From the NCBI GenBank assembly GCA_963845535.1, contig CAWJSK010000002.1, positions 1 through 64,000 of the forward strand: a stretch of DNA of 64,000 nucleotides, given 5' to 3'. The stretch's first letter is position 1, and every line of letters begins with the position of its first letter. The position numbers were made by a program, and so were the translations under genes. The notes beneath the pieces were generated by a model. That model was given only the letters and a program-made list of their open reading frames with translations. It did no database searches and was not told the DNA's origin. This DNA is from an uncultured Spirochaetota bacterium (GTDB taxonomy: Bacteria; Spirochaetota; Spirochaetia; SZUA-6; Fen-1364). Shown here piece by piece: positions 9,821-20,307 of this stretch.

Positions 9821-10690
9821 CTAACGGTAAAGCGAACCCGTGTTGATGACCGGCTGCGTGTTTTGCTCGCTGCACAGCACGACGAGAAGGTTGCTCACCA
9901 TCGTCGCCTTCCGTTCCTCGTCGAGCTCGATCACGTTCTGGGTGGCCAGCATGTCCAGGGCACTTTGCACCATTCCGACTGCCCCCTCCACGATCGTGCG
10001 CCGGGCAGCCACGACTGCGGCCGCCTGCTCCCGGCGGAGCATCACCGCCGCAATCTCCTGCGCATAGGCCAGATGGCTCACGCGGGTTTCCACCACCTCG
10101 ACGCCCGCCTTACCCAGCCGCTCCTGTATCTCCGTCTTGAGCTTCGCTGACACTTCCGCCGTGTGGTTGGAAAGGGCGATCTCCCCTTCGATGTGCGCAT
10201 CGTAGGCATAGGCGGTTGCCAGGTTCCGGAGGGCCGACTCGCTCTGCACGTGAACGTAATTCTCGTAGTCGTCGACCTGGAACGTAGCTTCCGCCGTATC
10301 GATGACTTTCCACACGACGACCGCCGCGATCTCTATGGGGTTTCCCCGCTTGTCGTTCACCTTCAGATGTGCCGTTTCGAAATTGCGGACCCTGAGAGAC
10401 AGCTCCTTGCGCGTAAAGAAAGGGTTGGTCCAACGCAGCCCGGGTTCTCGTGCGGTACCTCGATAGGAGCCGAAAAGCTGCAACACGCGGCCCTGGTTGG
10501 GGCTGACCGCGAAGAGTCCGCGTAGAAAGAAAAAGGCCAGAATGGCGATCAGCGACAATCCGGCACCCACGGGCTTGATTCGAGCGAACTCGGCCCAGAT
10601 GCGTGCGGCGACGCAGCCGGCGACGATTGCCACCAGCAGTATCAGCATTGGGATGCCGGGAAGGCCGTTCCTTTTTGTTTCAGTAATCAT
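9821..10690 (-). CDS. SPFH/band 7 domain protein
   Basis: KVNDKRGNPIEIAAVVVW, QSESALR, HLAYAQEIAAVML, VSNLLVVLC. Confidence 0.92.
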   Translation of the reverse strand: MITETKRNGLPGIPMLILLVAIVAGCVAARIWAEFARIKPVGAGLSLIAILAFFFLRGLFAVSPNQGRVLQLFGSYRGTAREPGLRWTNPFFTRKELSLRVRNFETAHLKVNDKRGNPIEIAAVVVWKVIDTAEATFQVDDYENYVHVQSESALRNLATAYAYDAHIEGEIALSNHTAEVSAKLKTEIQERLGKAGVEVVETRVSHLAYAQEIAAVMLRREQAAAVVAARRTIVEGAVGMVQSALDMLATQNVIELDEERKATMVSNLLVVLCSEQNTQPVINTGSLYR

Positions 10691-10706
10691 GGTTTGCTCC
10701 TCGTCA

Positions 10707-10736
10707 CGATATCTATATGATATCATCTTGATTTCA
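10707..10736. promoter_or_regulatory. Three tandem TGATATCA-like boxes at 11 bp period (putative RHH operator)
   Basis: cGATATCt at 10707, TGATATCA at 10718, TGATTTCA at 10729. Confidence 0.6.
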
Positions 10737-10884
10737 CACCGTCAACAGATGGGCAGGGTCTCGCCCCGTGCAAGAGAGATTCCGTCCCTGTGCGCTGGAA
10801 CGTCCGGCCCGAGGGAGCGACCCTGAACCCGCTCTGAAACCTTGCTCAGCCGCCTCACGTATACTCCTGATGTGAGGTAGAGCG

Positions 10885-11433
10885 ATGAGCTTTCTTGGCG
10901 CGCTTCGGTTATGGCATGACTTCTTCGTCGGCATGGGGGTGGCGTCGGCAGCCCTGGCTGGGTTTGTTTTCCTGGGGCTCACCCAGCGAAACGGTCACGC
11001 CAACGGGCATGGCGATATCTCCGTGCTTGAAGGGCAGACGCTCGGCTCGCTGTTCGGCGTCCTGATCGTATCTCTCCTGATCCTGATCCCCGAGCAGACC
11101 CCGCGGTCGCTGGGCTTTACGCTTCTTGCGGCAAGCATCCTTGGGCTGGGATACCTGGCGAGAGCCTTGTGGCATGAGACACGGTTCCGGCTGAAGAACG
11201 CAAGCCCGTCCTTCTTTGTTTGGAGACTGGCGCTGCCGCTTGCGGTTCTTGTCGCAACGACGCTGGCGTCCATCATCATGCTTGGCGGGGCGCGGAGCTC
11301 AGGCATGGAGAGCCTCTATTGGCTTTCGTCGGCCTTGCTCGCCCTCCTCGTGATCGCTGCCCGCAACACCTGGACGCTTCTGGGCCACTCGGGACAGGAA
11401 AGACTGAGGCTGCATCGCGGGAACAGGGGCTGA
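10885..11433 (+). CDS. Hypothetical membrane protein
   Basis: Five hydrophobic segments; GAGG RBS. Confidence 0.75.
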   Translation: MSFLGALRLWHDFFVGMGVASAALAGFVFLGLTQRNGHANGHGDISVLEGQTLGSLFGVLIVSLLILIPEQTPRSLGFTLLAASILGLGYLARALWHETRFRLKNASPSFFVWRLALPLAVLVATTLASIIMLGGARSSGMESLYWLSSALLALLVIAARNTWTLLGHSGQERLRLHRGNRG

Positions 11434-11471
11434 AACCGCTTCTCAAGCACGCCATTACAAGCATTAGGCCC

Positions 11472-11521
11472 TTGCCTGTGGGGCCTTCTTTTTCTACATT
11501 CTTAATTGGTCGATTAATTAA
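11472..11521 (+). promoter_or_regulatory. Sigma70-like promoter plus putative TetR operator
   Basis: TTGCCT-N17-TACATT followed by TAATTGGTCGATTAATTAA (11503-11521). Confidence 0.7.
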
Positions 11522-12130
11522 ATGGGCAGAAAACCAAAGGTGGTAAAGGACCGTCGTGAGCAGATACTGGAAGCGGCACTGGAAGTCTTTGCTGCCAAAG
11601 GATTCGACCGGGCAACAAACAAGGACATTGCCCGCGCAGCAGGCATCACCCCGGGCCTCATCTACCACTACTTCAAAAGCAAGAAGGAAGTGCTTCTCGA
11701 TGCAATGGGGAAGTATTCCCCGCTCAAGGTCATCAGGTCGATCACTCCCGCCATGCTGGAGATGCCTCCAGAAGCCTTCCTTCGCCTTATCGTGCAGGAA
11801 GTCCTCACCGTTCTCGAGACAGACAAGTTCATCGCCATGATCAAGGTGTTCTTGCCGGAGGCCATGCACAAGGGTGTTCTTGCTCCCGCCGTGTTCTCAG
11901 CGATGATGGAGGCGACAACCTTCCTGGAGGCGTACCTCAAGCGGAAGATGGAATCAGGGGATCTCCTCCCCGCGGATGCGGCACTTACCAGCCATTTGAT
12001 GCTGGGCGGCTTGATGGATCTTGTTCTTCGCCGCCGGATTATCGGAGATCCAACAGTGTTGAAGTTTTCCCATGAGCAAATTGCTCAAAACGTGGTCGCA
12101 ACGACACTGAAAGGATTGTTGCCAAGATGA
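11522..12130 (+). CDS. TetR/AcrR family regulator
   Basis: REQILEAALEVFAAKGF..AT.KDIARAAGITPGLIYHYFKSK HTH. Confidence 0.95.
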   Translation: MGRKPKVVKDRREQILEAALEVFAAKGFDRATNKDIARAAGITPGLIYHYFKSKKEVLLDAMGKYSPLKVIRSITPAMLEMPPEAFLRLIVQEVLTVLETDKFIAMIKVFLPEAMHKGVLAPAVFSAMMEATTFLEAYLKRKMESGDLLPADAALTSHLMLGGLMDLVLRRRIIGDPTVLKFSHEQIAQNVVATTLKGLLPR

Positions 12131-12171
12131 GAGTTGCTGCCACCAAGGTACAACTTTCTTGCGCTCCAGAA

Positions 12172-12190
12172 TTAATTAATCGACCAATTA
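12172..12190. promoter_or_regulatory. Second putative TetR operator (inverted copy)
   Basis: TTAATTAATCGACCAATTA is the exact reverse complement of 11503-11521. Confidence 0.75.
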
Positions 12191-12245
12191 CTGAGCAGTC
12201 CGTCCGAGCCTTACGTCATACCAAACCATCTCAAGGAGCTTTCCG

Positions 12246-12731
12246 ATGAACATATCCCTGTTCTTGATCGCTTTGGCGATCGTTTTCAACGGCACGCTGG
12301 CGGGAGCCAGCATTGACACGGCGCTGGTCAAGCTGCCGGCGCGAAAACGAATCGGCGCTCGCGCGTATGCGGTATTCGCCCGCGGCAACGACTTGGGGAA
12401 CGGTCTCTGGGCTTATCCGCTGTGGGCCATACCGGCGGCGCTGCTCGTTTTCGCAGCCGCCATCGCAGCGCTTCCGCGCGGCGGCGCGCCGCTGCCTTCC
12501 GTCTTCCTCCTGATTGCCTCCGCAACGAGCATTTTCCATTTCATCGCGACAAGCCAGGCAGCGCCGACGATGCTCGGCATCCGCCATGCTCCTGACGACG
12601 AAAAGACCCTGGCGGCCCGTCTGGACAGGTTCGCGCGCTGGCACGCGGTGAGGGCGGTCTTTCAGCTCCTGACGTTCCTCGTTCTTGTCCTGGCGCTTCT
12701 TGCCGGATGCGCGCGCCAGCTTCCCGAGTGA
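12246..12731 (+). CDS. DUF1772/anthrone oxygenase-like membrane protein
   Basis: Four hydrophobic segments and C-terminal RFARWHAVR motif. Confidence 0.7.
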   Translation: MNISLFLIALAIVFNGTLAGASIDTALVKLPARKRIGARAYAVFARGNDLGNGLWAYPLWAIPAALLVFAAAIAALPRGGAPLPSVFLLIASATSIFHFIATSQAAPTMLGIRHAPDDEKTLAARLDRFARWHAVRAVFQLLTFLVLVLALLAGCARQLPE

Positions 12732-12742
12732 GGGCGTTAGCC

Positions 12743-15430
12743 ATGCAGCGCGACAACACGTACTCAGGTCTTCCGGCCTGGACTGACCTTCCGCTTGTGC
12801 TGGATCTCCGGCAGATCTCGGCTCGCGAGTTTCTCCTTGCCGGGGGCAAGGGAACCAACCTGGGCATCTTGTGGAGCGCCGGCTTTCCCGTTCCGGAGGG
12901 TTTTTGTCTCACGACTGCCGCATATGATGCGGCCTGCGGCCGCTCGCCGATATCGACCCTCGTTGATGAGCTCTCTCGCGGCACGCTGCCTGGCCGCTCA
13001 GAGGCGGTCAGGAACGCAATCCTGGGAGCTCCTCTCCCTGATGCGGTTGCGGAGGCCGTCGAGCGCGCGTACCAGGGTCTTGGAGAGAACACGCCTGTTG
13101 CGGTCAGGTCCTCGGCAACCGCCGAGGATCTTCCCACGGCGAGCTTTGCTGGTCAGCAGGAAACCTGCCTGAATGTCATTGGCCTTCGTGATCTCTCCGA
13201 CGCAGTCCGCCGGTGCTGGGCGTCGCTGTGGTCCGACAGGGCAATCACCTATCGCGGGGCCCTGTCCCCGGGGTTCATGAACGTGAAGCTGGCGGTCGTG
13301 GTCCAGCGGCTTGTCGCCGCGCGTGTCTCCGGAGTGCTTTTCACGGCCAACCCTTTGACCGGCCGGCGACGCGAAGCAGTGCTGGACGCCAGCTTCGGGC
13401 TCGGAGAGGCCATTGTTTCAGGCGCCGTGACCCCGGATCATTTCATCATCGATCTGGCGCGCGGCGAGGTCACGGAACGCCGCCTCGGTGAGAAGAGGCT
13501 TCAGGTTCGCCCCCGAGAAGGAGGGGGGACCGAGAGTGTCATATCCGACGCGGCACAACCGTTCCCCTGCCTGAGCGTTGAGCAACTCCTGAGCCTTTCG
13601 CGGCTGGGCACGCGCGTCGAAAGTCTCTTTGGTCAACCTCAGGACATTGAGTGGGCGCTGGATGAGTCGGGTAAGGTCTGGCTGACGCAGGCTCGACCCA
13701 TCACGACGCTGTTTCCGCTTCCTGATGGCGCGCCCGAACATGACGGCGAGGTGCGCGTCTATTATTCGATCAACGCCTCCCAGGGCATGGAAGTTCCCTT
13801 CACTCCTTTGGGAAGGTCTCTTCTTCGTCTGCTCATTTCATCCGTGGCGGCATATTTCGGTTTTCCTCCAAGCGATGCCCTGGCAGGTCCGGAATTCGTT
13901 CATCAGGCAGGGGGACGCATGTTCATCGATGTGACCATGGCGTTTCGAAACCGGATTGGTCGCGCCATACTCTCCGCAATGACCGGCTCAGCCGAAGCGA
14001 GGGCCTCGGCCGCCATCCGGGGCCTGGCGGATGACCCGAGGTTCAGCCTGCTCAGCGGTTCACCCTGGCCGTTTGTAAGGAAGGGACTGTCGTTCCTTCT
14101 GCGGTCGCGGATCGTTTTTCGCATCGTTCGGTCCGTCATGAGTCCGAAGGCCGCGCGCGCCAGTGCGGAGGCATCGTCAGCGCGGCTCAAGGCACGTGCC
14201 CGAGTCCCCGGCGAAACGAGCCCCGAGGACCGCCTCCTGCTCGTCGAGAAGCTCTTTTCGCGCAAAAACATCGGTCCGTTGTTGGGGATCATGCCCGCCA
14301 CGGCGCTGCCTGCCACCGCCCTTCTGTCTCTTGCTCGTCGACTCCTCGGCCCTCGCGCAACCGAAGGGGACTTCGAGGAAATCCAGCGGGGTGTTCCTGG
14401 CAATCCGACAACGGAAATGAACCTGGCCCTCTGGGCCGTCGCGCGGGCCGTCCCTGCGGAAGCTCGCAAGTCTTTTTGTGAAGAACAGCCGGGAGTCCTG
14501 GCTCGGCAGTTCGGGGAAGGCGCTCTCCCGGCGCCCGTGCGGGACGCGCTGGTGGCTTTCCTGGGAACGTATGGCCATCGGTGCGCCGTGGAGCTGGACG
14601 GCGGACTCCCGCGATGGATCGAAGAGCCCGCACCCGTTTTCTCCATCCTGGCCAGTTTCCTGCGTTCGATTGAAGCAGGACACTCGGCGGACGAGACCTT
14701 TCGGCAGAGCATGGCACGGGCGCAGGAGCGGGTCGACGACCTTGCGCGTCGCGCGCGGCAGCAGGGATGGTTCAGGGGCGTTCTTGTGCGCTTCTCCTTG
14801 GAGCGAGCGCGCAGCCTGCTCGGCTTCCGTGAGATGCCACGGTTTCTCATCAGCCTTCTGCTTTACCTGGCGCGCGGACAGCTACTGCACGTCGGCAGGG
14901 AGCTGGAGCGCGACGGCTTCCTTGATTCGGCCAGCGACATTCACTTCCTCAGCGTCGCGGAGATCAGGGAGGCACTCGGAGGAAAAGAAATGCGGCCCGT
15001 CGTCTCTTCGCGGCGTCAGGATCAAGAACGGGACGTTCGCCGCAAGGCTCCCGCCGTTCTCCTGTCTGACGGGACCGAGCCGAAGGAAGCTGGGCGCGCG
15101 CCGCGCACGGACGACAAGCTTCTGCCAGGGCTGGCCGCCTCAGGAGGAATTGCCACCGGGATTGCCCGAGTGGTCTTTGACCCCGCAACTGCGCGCATCG
15201 AACCGGGAGAGATCCTGGTTGCTCCGTCCACGGATCCAGGCTGGACGCCCCTTTTCCTCGCGGCGCGCGCTCTGGTCATGGAGAACGGCGGACCAATGGC
15301 GCATGGAGCAATCGTCGCGCGGGAGTACGGGATCCCCGCGGTGGTGGCCGTTGCTGAGGCCACCGCGCGGATACGGACGGGCATGCGGATTACCGTGGAC
15401 GGGACGAACGGAAGCGTCACGATCTTGTAG
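12743..15430 (+). CDS. PEP-utilising enzyme with rifampicin phosphotransferase-like architecture
   Basis: N-terminal ATP-grasp (GGKG.NL, AVRSSATAED, SFAGQ, PQDIEW, QARPIT); C-terminal His-swivel domain TDPGWTP..AHGAIVAREYGIPAV; no pyruvate-binding barrel. Confidence 0.9.
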   Translation: MQRDNTYSGLPAWTDLPLVLDLRQISAREFLLAGGKGTNLGILWSAGFPVPEGFCLTTAAYDAACGRSPISTLVDELSRGTLPGRSEAVRNAILGAPLPDAVAEAVERAYQGLGENTPVAVRSSATAEDLPTASFAGQQETCLNVIGLRDLSDAVRRCWASLWSDRAITYRGALSPGFMNVKLAVVVQRLVAARVSGVLFTANPLTGRRREAVLDASFGLGEAIVSGAVTPDHFIIDLARGEVTERRLGEKRLQVRPREGGGTESVISDAAQPFPCLSVEQLLSLSRLGTRVESLFGQPQDIEWALDESGKVWLTQARPITTLFPLPDGAPEHDGEVRVYYSINASQGMEVPFTPLGRSLLRLLISSVAAYFGFPPSDALAGPEFVHQAGGRMFIDVTMAFRNRIGRAILSAMTGSAEARASAAIRGLADDPRFSLLSGSPWPFVRKGLSFLLRSRIVFRIVRSVMSPKAARASAEASSARLKARARVPGETSPEDRLLLVEKLFSRKNIGPLLGIMPATALPATALLSLARRLLGPRATEGDFEEIQRGVPGNPTTEMNLALWAVARAVPAEARKSFCEEQPGVLARQFGEGALPAPVRDALVAFLGTYGHRCAVELDGGLPRWIEEPAPVFSILASFLRSIEAGHSADETFRQSMARAQERVDDLARRARQQGWFRGVLVRFSLERARSLLGFREMPRFLISLLLYLARGQLLHVGRELERDGFLDSASDIHFLSVAEIREALGGKEMRPVVSSRRQDQERDVRRKAPAVLLSDGTEPKEAGRAPRTDDKLLPGLAASGGIATGIARVVFDPATARIEPGEILVAPSTDPGWTPLFLAARALVMENGGPMAHGAIVAREYGIPAVVAVAEATARIRTGMRITVDGTNGSVTIL

Positions 15431-15497
15431 AACGAGGCGGAGGACCGACGTGAAGAGCCGCTTGCGGAAAACAGGCGGTTTGACGGTATAATCCCCG

Positions 15498-17996
15498 TTG
15501 TCGGATTTGAAGTCACTCCAATCAGGCGGAGGCGTTTGGGTGGACCTCTACAAGTCAATCGCTGATAACGCGTATGACTGGATCTATTGGCGCTCGGTGG
15601 ACGGAAGAGTCCTGTACTGCTCACCCTCCAGCGAGCGCGTCACCGGCTACGGGGCGCTCGAGTTCGAGCAAGATCCGGATCTGGTTGTCCGAATCGTGCA
15701 CCCCGAAGACCTCCCTTTCTTCAGGTCGCACCTGGAGGAGGAGGTTTACGGCCGGGAGATCATTCCCTTCGACTTCCGAATCATCACAAAAGACGGACAA
15801 ACGCGATGGGTCAGCCATGCCTGCACGCCGGTGACGGATGACAAAGGACGGCTCCAGGGCCGCAGAGCCACCAACCGTGACGTGAGCCGCCGGAAGGAAC
15901 TGGAAGAGGAAGTCCGGGGGCTCGCGAAGTTCCCTTCTGAAAACCCGAGCCCGGTGTTCAGGGCAACCGGAGATGGCGCTTCGCTGTACGCGAACCAGGC
16001 CGGCCAATCCTTGATGGAGACGTGGAAGCGGTCCTCGAAAGAGGAGTTGCCGCCGTTGATGCGCCGGATCATTTCTGACACCTTCGCTTCCGGCGTTGAC
16101 CGTCAGACCGACATCGAGTGCAGCGGGCGCATCTACTCTTTCGACGTCATCCGGCCCGCTGATGCCGGCTACGTCAACGTGTACGGCACGGACGTGACCG
16201 AGCGGCGCCAGATGGAGGACAGCCTTCGGGCAACGCGTGACGCGCTCGACCTCGAAGTCCGCGAGCGAACGCACGTGCTGCAGCGGACCAACCGGCTCTT
16301 GCGAATGATATCCGCCTGCAACCAGGCGCTCATCGGGATCGAAGATGAGAAAGAGCTCGTCCAGGCCATCTGCCAGCTCATCCTGGACGAGGGCGGCTTC
16401 CGGATGGCCTGGGTCGGGTATGCTGACCAGGAGGGACCGCAGTTGGTGCGCCCCGTGGGGAGCGCGGGGTTCGAAGACGGGTACCTGGAGCAGGCGGGAA
16501 TCACCTGGGCGGACACGGAGCGGGGGAGGGGCCCAACGGGCATCGCCGTTCGCACCGGCAGACTCTGCATTGGACGGGATTTCATCACCGAGGCCGAGCT
16601 TGCCCCCTGGCGGGAAGAAGCTCTCCGCCGGGGGTTCCGCTCTTCCATCGCCCTGCCGCTTGTGGACCAGGGACGGGCGTTCGGAGCCCTCACCATCTAC
16701 TCGGAGCAGCCGGACGCCTTCGAGGAGGAGCAGGCGCTCCTCACCGAGCTTGCCGGTGATCTGGCATTCGGCATCCAGTCCGTGAGAGCGCGCGCGCAGC
16801 GTGACCAGGCGGTGGCGAGCCTGGAGCACAGGACCGTCCTGCTTCGGTCCCTGGCTGCTGAGCTGGTACAGGCCGAGGAACGGGAACGCCGGCGGATTGG
16901 CAGGGTGCTCCACGACCAGCTCCAACAACTCCTCGCCGGAGCGCGCTTCGGCCTGGAAAGCCTCCGATCGAGCGTTCGCTCCCCGGGTGCGGATGATGAC
17001 CTCCCCGGCACCATCGACAAGATCGATGGCATGCTCAAGGACTGCCTCGATGTCTCGCGCTCCCTCACAACGGAGCTGAGCCCGCCCATCCAGTACGACG
17101 CGGCTATGGAGAACGTGGTTGAATGGCTTGCAGCCTGGGCTCGGGAAAGGTTCGGGCTGAAAGTGACGGTGGAGGCGGGCGGCGGCGCGCGCGTGGAATC
17201 CTTGGAGACGCGCATGGTCCTTTTCCGCGCCGTGCAGGAGCTTCTCTTCAATGTCGCAAAGCACTCCGGCGTGAAGGAGGCCGGAGTCTCCCTCGGCGTT
17301 CACGCGGGCAACCAGATCCAGGTGGTGGTTCGCGACGCCGGCAAGGGGTTCGATCTCGCGGCCATCCGCCTTGGGGGAGGAACTTCGGGAGGGTTCGGTC
17401 TGTTCAGCCTGCAGGAGCGCCTTGAGGCGCTGGGTGGTTCCATGACCATCGAAAGCGCGCCCGGCAAGGGGAGCTCTTTCACGCTGAGGGTTCCCGTACA
17501 GCGCATCAATGGCGCCGAGCCGCGGCCGCAGCCTGCAGGACCGGCCAGAAGCCCACGGGCGCGCCGGGCAAAAGGGGCATGCGCAGAGGCCCCGCTTTCT
17601 GATGGGCCGCGCATCCGGGTCCTCCTCGTGGAGGATCACCTTGTGGTCCGTCAGGGTCTTGCCATGGTGCTGGGAGGGGAAGCGGACATCGAAATCGTGG
17701 GGGAGGCTTCCGACGGCCGTTCAGCCGTCGAGATGGCCCGCAAGCTCCGCCCCGACGTGGTGACCATGGACGTTGGCCTGCCGGGAATGAACGGGATCGA
17801 CGCCACTCGGGCAATTCATGCCGAGCTTCCCGGTATCGCGGTCATCGGGCTATCCATGTTCGAGGACCAGGGAGACGCCATGCGAGAGGCGGGCGCGGTG
17901 GGGTATCTGCCGAAAACGGGGGCATCTTCCAAGCTCCTTGCCGCCATCCGTTCCGCGTGTCGTAAAACGTCGACAGCCAAAATCATTCATCCCTAG
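15498..17996 (+). CDS. Hybrid sensor kinase PAS-PAS-GAF-HisKA_3-HATPase-REC
   Basis: [39 protein letters not shown]-terminal receiver VEDH..MDVGLP. Confidence 0.92.
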   Translation: MSDLKSLQSGGGVWVDLYKSIADNAYDWIYWRSVDGRVLYCSPSSERVTGYGALEFEQDPDLVVRIVHPEDLPFFRSHLEEEVYGREIIPFDFRIITKDGQTRWVSHACTPVTDDKGRLQGRRATNRDVSRRKELEEEVRGLAKFPSENPSPVFRATGDGASLYANQAGQSLMETWKRSSKEELPPLMRRIISDTFASGVDRQTDIECSGRIYSFDVIRPADAGYVNVYGTDVTERRQMEDSLRATRDALDLEVRERTHVLQRTNRLLRMISACNQALIGIEDEKELVQAICQLILDEGGFRMAWVGYADQEGPQLVRPVGSAGFEDGYLEQAGITWADTERGRGPTGIAVRTGRLCIGRDFITEAELAPWREEALRRGFRSSIALPLVDQGRAFGALTIYSEQPDAFEEEQALLTELAGDLAFGIQSVRARAQRDQAVASLEHRTVLLRSLAAELVQAEERERRRIGRVLHDQLQQLLAGARFGLESLRSSVRSPGADDDLPGTIDKIDGMLKDCLDVSRSLTTELSPPIQYDAAMENVVEWLAAWARERFGLKVTVEAGGGARVESLETRMVLFRAVQELLFNVAKHSGVKEAGVSLGVHAGNQIQVVVRDAGKGFDLAAIRLGGGTSGGFGLFSLQERLEALGGSMTIESAPGKGSSFTLRVPVQRINGAEPRPQPAGPARSPRARRAKGACAEAPLSDGPRIRVLLVEDHLVVRQGLAMVLGGEADIEIVGEASDGRSAVEMARKLRPDVVTMDVGLPGMNGIDATRAIHAELPGIAVIGLSMFEDQGDAMREAGAVGYLPKTGASSKLLAAIRSACRKTSTAKIIHP

Positions 17997-18037
17997 ACTT
18001 TCATTCCCGCGCCACCGAGCATACTTTTGACTCACAC

Positions 18038-18274
18038 GTGACTGAGCGAATCGAGAAATGCGCCGAAAGGGTGGTTTCCCTGCTCCAGGAAAAACACTCC
18101 ATGAACGTTCTCCTTTTTCCAGAGCTGCTCGGAGAGAGGAGCGTCGTGGCCTACCAGTCGTTGGGGTGGCTGGCGCGCGAGGGAAGGGTCCGTTACTCGA
18201 TGAAGGGAAGACAGTGCTACCTGTCCCTTGCGGAGGAGGCTCAGCCTTCGCGCGAGTACAAGAAGCAGGGGTAG
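18038..18274 (+). CDS. Small winged-helix protein (DUF2582-like)
   Basis: LGWLAREGRV motif; 78 aa. Confidence 0.7.
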   Translation: MTERIEKCAERVVSLLQEKHSMNVLLFPELLGERSVVAYQSLGWLAREGRVRYSMKGRQCYLSLAEEAQPSREYKKQG

Positions 18275-18292
18275 AGAGGAAGGGGGCGGCGG

Positions 18293-19206
18293 ATGCAATC
18301 ACCTGGTGAAGTCAGCATTGAGCGCAGGACGGCCGAGCCCTCTCCGGAGCTTGAGTCCGGCTGGCTCGACCCGGTGACCGGTGACGTCCTGATGCAGGTG
18401 ATGACAGAGCTCGCCAGCATGATGTCCCTTCTCGGTCGGGCTCCCGCCGGCAGGCGGATCTCCGAGATCCAGGCCCACGCGCGTGCTCTCCTGCACCAGG
18501 TGGCCCGCCTCGTCACCGCCCAGGAGATCAATCCGTGGATCAGGCTCCGTATGACTCCTGAGGAGCCTCCGATTGCCCCTTCGGCGTATCCGGTGCGCGT
18601 CGGGGTGTTCCCGCTCAGCGCCAATCCCATCCACTGGGGCCATCTGTTGTCGGGGCTTTCCGCGATGGCGCGGGCGCGGCTCGACAAGATCGTGTACGTC
18701 ATTGCTCATGACGCCTCCCTTTCGACGGACCTCTATCCCGAGGAGCTGCGACGAGGAGCCGCCGCGGAGGCAATCTCTCTTTTCCAGCCACTGTTCACCT
18801 TCGTCCCCGCTTCCGCCGGGAAGACGGTGAGCGGGCCTGCATCTTTCTTCAGGCTCCTCAGTCTCAACAGCCAGCAGACGATTGAGGCATTCTATATATC
18901 CGCGTACGAATCCCGCAGCTCGGCGTCAATCATGGAGATCATGGATGCGCTGTGGGGGCGCGCCAGTGGGAATGCCCAGGGTCACAACGAGAATCAACAT
19001 CCCGTCTCTTTGATCAGGGTTGACGGCATTCGGGGGGAAAAGCCGGCGCTGCAGAATCCGCGCGTCGTGATGGTCCCCCAGCCGCTGCCGGGATCTCCAC
19101 CCACGCTGTGCGCGCGGCTCTGACGTCAGCTCTCCACAGGGAGGAGCTTTCTGCGCTGCCTGCCTGCGCGTTTCTCCACCTTCGGATGCTCAGTGCTTTG
19201 GATTGA
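18293..19206 (+). CDS. NadD-like HxGH nucleotidyltransferase-fold protein (frameshift near 19089)
   Basis: VGVFPLSANPIHWGH; the shifted frame continues GISTHAVR..LPACAFLHL to a stop at 19206, resembling the ISSTxIR tail of NadD. Confidence 0.6.
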
Positions 19207-19396
19207 GGGTTACGAGGATCCCCTCATCTTCCCGGCTCAGGTCGACATCCGGCTGGCAGGAGAGCCGGGACAGGACGCCCAGAGAGTATTCGCGGCTGAC
19301 ACCGAGGATGGCCTGGATCTCCCAGAGGTTCAGTCTTCCGTGCGAATCAAGAGCCTGCCGGACCCTGAGAACGGATGATCCAACATTTTCCGCCAT
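19190..19396 (-). CDS. Small winged-helix-like protein
   Basis: GAGGGAGG RBS; VRQALDSHGRLNLWEIQAILG pattern resembling the 18038 protein. Confidence 0.55.
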   Translation of the reverse strand: MAENVGSSVLRVRQALDSHGRLNLWEIQAILGVSREYSLGVLSRLSCQPDVDLSREDEGILVTLNPKH

Positions 19397-19516
19397 GGAA
19401 GCTTCCTCCCTCATGGCGAGGATTGTATCTCACATGGGGCGCGGCAACAGTCGTTGTGGCAATGATTTTCTTCAAAAGTTGCCCTGACAAACCTTGTAGT
19501 AGCTTTCTGACAGGAA

Positions 19517-20173
19517 TCAGTCCAGGAGGCCATGCTCCACGGCATAACGCACGAGCTCCGCGGTATTGTTGAGGTTCAGCTTGGAGAGGACTCGTGAGCG
19601 ATACGTCCCCACCGTGGCGGGGCTGAGGAAGAGCTCCGAGGCGATTTCACTCACCCCTTTGCCGGAGGCGAGAAGACAGAGGACACGATACTCGCGATCC
19701 GAGAGCTTCTCATGGGCTGGCCGGGTGCGCCGGGTGGCCACCTCCACCGCCAGTTGCTCGGCAAGCGGTTGACTGATGTATTTTCCCCCCGAAGCGATCT
19801 TGCGAATGGCGGTGATGAGCTCAGAGGGCTCGCTTCCCTTGACGAGGTACCCGGAGGCGCCCGCCTTGAGCGCCCGCATGCCGAGCTGGCTTTCCGGGTG
19901 CATGCTCATGACAAGCACGGGCGTCGTGGGGTGATCCCGGGAAAGGGTTTTCAGCAGCTCGATCCCATCAGGCCCGCCGGGCAGGCCGATGTCGAGGATG
20001 ATGATGTCAAACGGTGCTCCGACGAGCTTGGACAGAAGCTCCGGGCCGCCGGAGGCTTCCTCCTCGATGGAGATGTCCTTTTCTTTGCGGATCACCATCC
20101 TCACGCCTTCACGGACAATCGGGTGGTCATCGCAGATAATGACTCGAATCACGCCCGTTCCTCGCTGTTGCAC
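19517..20173 (-). CDS. NarL/LuxR (UvrY/GacA-like) response regulator
   Basis: DDHPIVREG receiver; LSDRE..EIASELFLSPATVGTYRSRVLSKL HTH. Confidence 0.95.
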   Translation of the reverse strand: MQQRGTGVIRVIICDDHPIVREGVRMVIRKEKDISIEEEASGGPELLSKLVGAPFDIIILDIGLPGGPDGIELLKTLSRDHPTTPVLVMSMHPESQLGMRALKAGASGYLVKGSEPSELITAIRKIASGGKYISQPLAEQLAVEVATRRTRPAHEKLSDREYRVLCLLASGKGVSEIASELFLSPATVGTYRSRVLSKLNLNNTAELVRYAVEHGLLD

Positions 20174-20307
20174 GTCTGAGCTGGATTTGAAGTCCTGATC
20201 CTACCATACGAGGGGGTGCGCTGTCATCACGGGAGCGCATCTTCTACGACGGCGCGCAAGGGTCGGCCCCCATCCTCTGATGTGCAATCTTTGATTACTA
20301 TAGTCAC

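Noticed and set aside
11503..12190. Invertible (phase-variable) tetR segment
   Set aside because: The 19-mer is itself an imperfect palindrome placed at two promoters, which fits TetR operators better; no invertase is adjacent.
15621..17639. 672 aa antisense ORF, and similar long shadow ORFs at 44622-45980, 35290-36504 and 48447-49631
   Set aside because: They lie opposite well-supported genes in GC-rich DNA and have no recognisable motifs.
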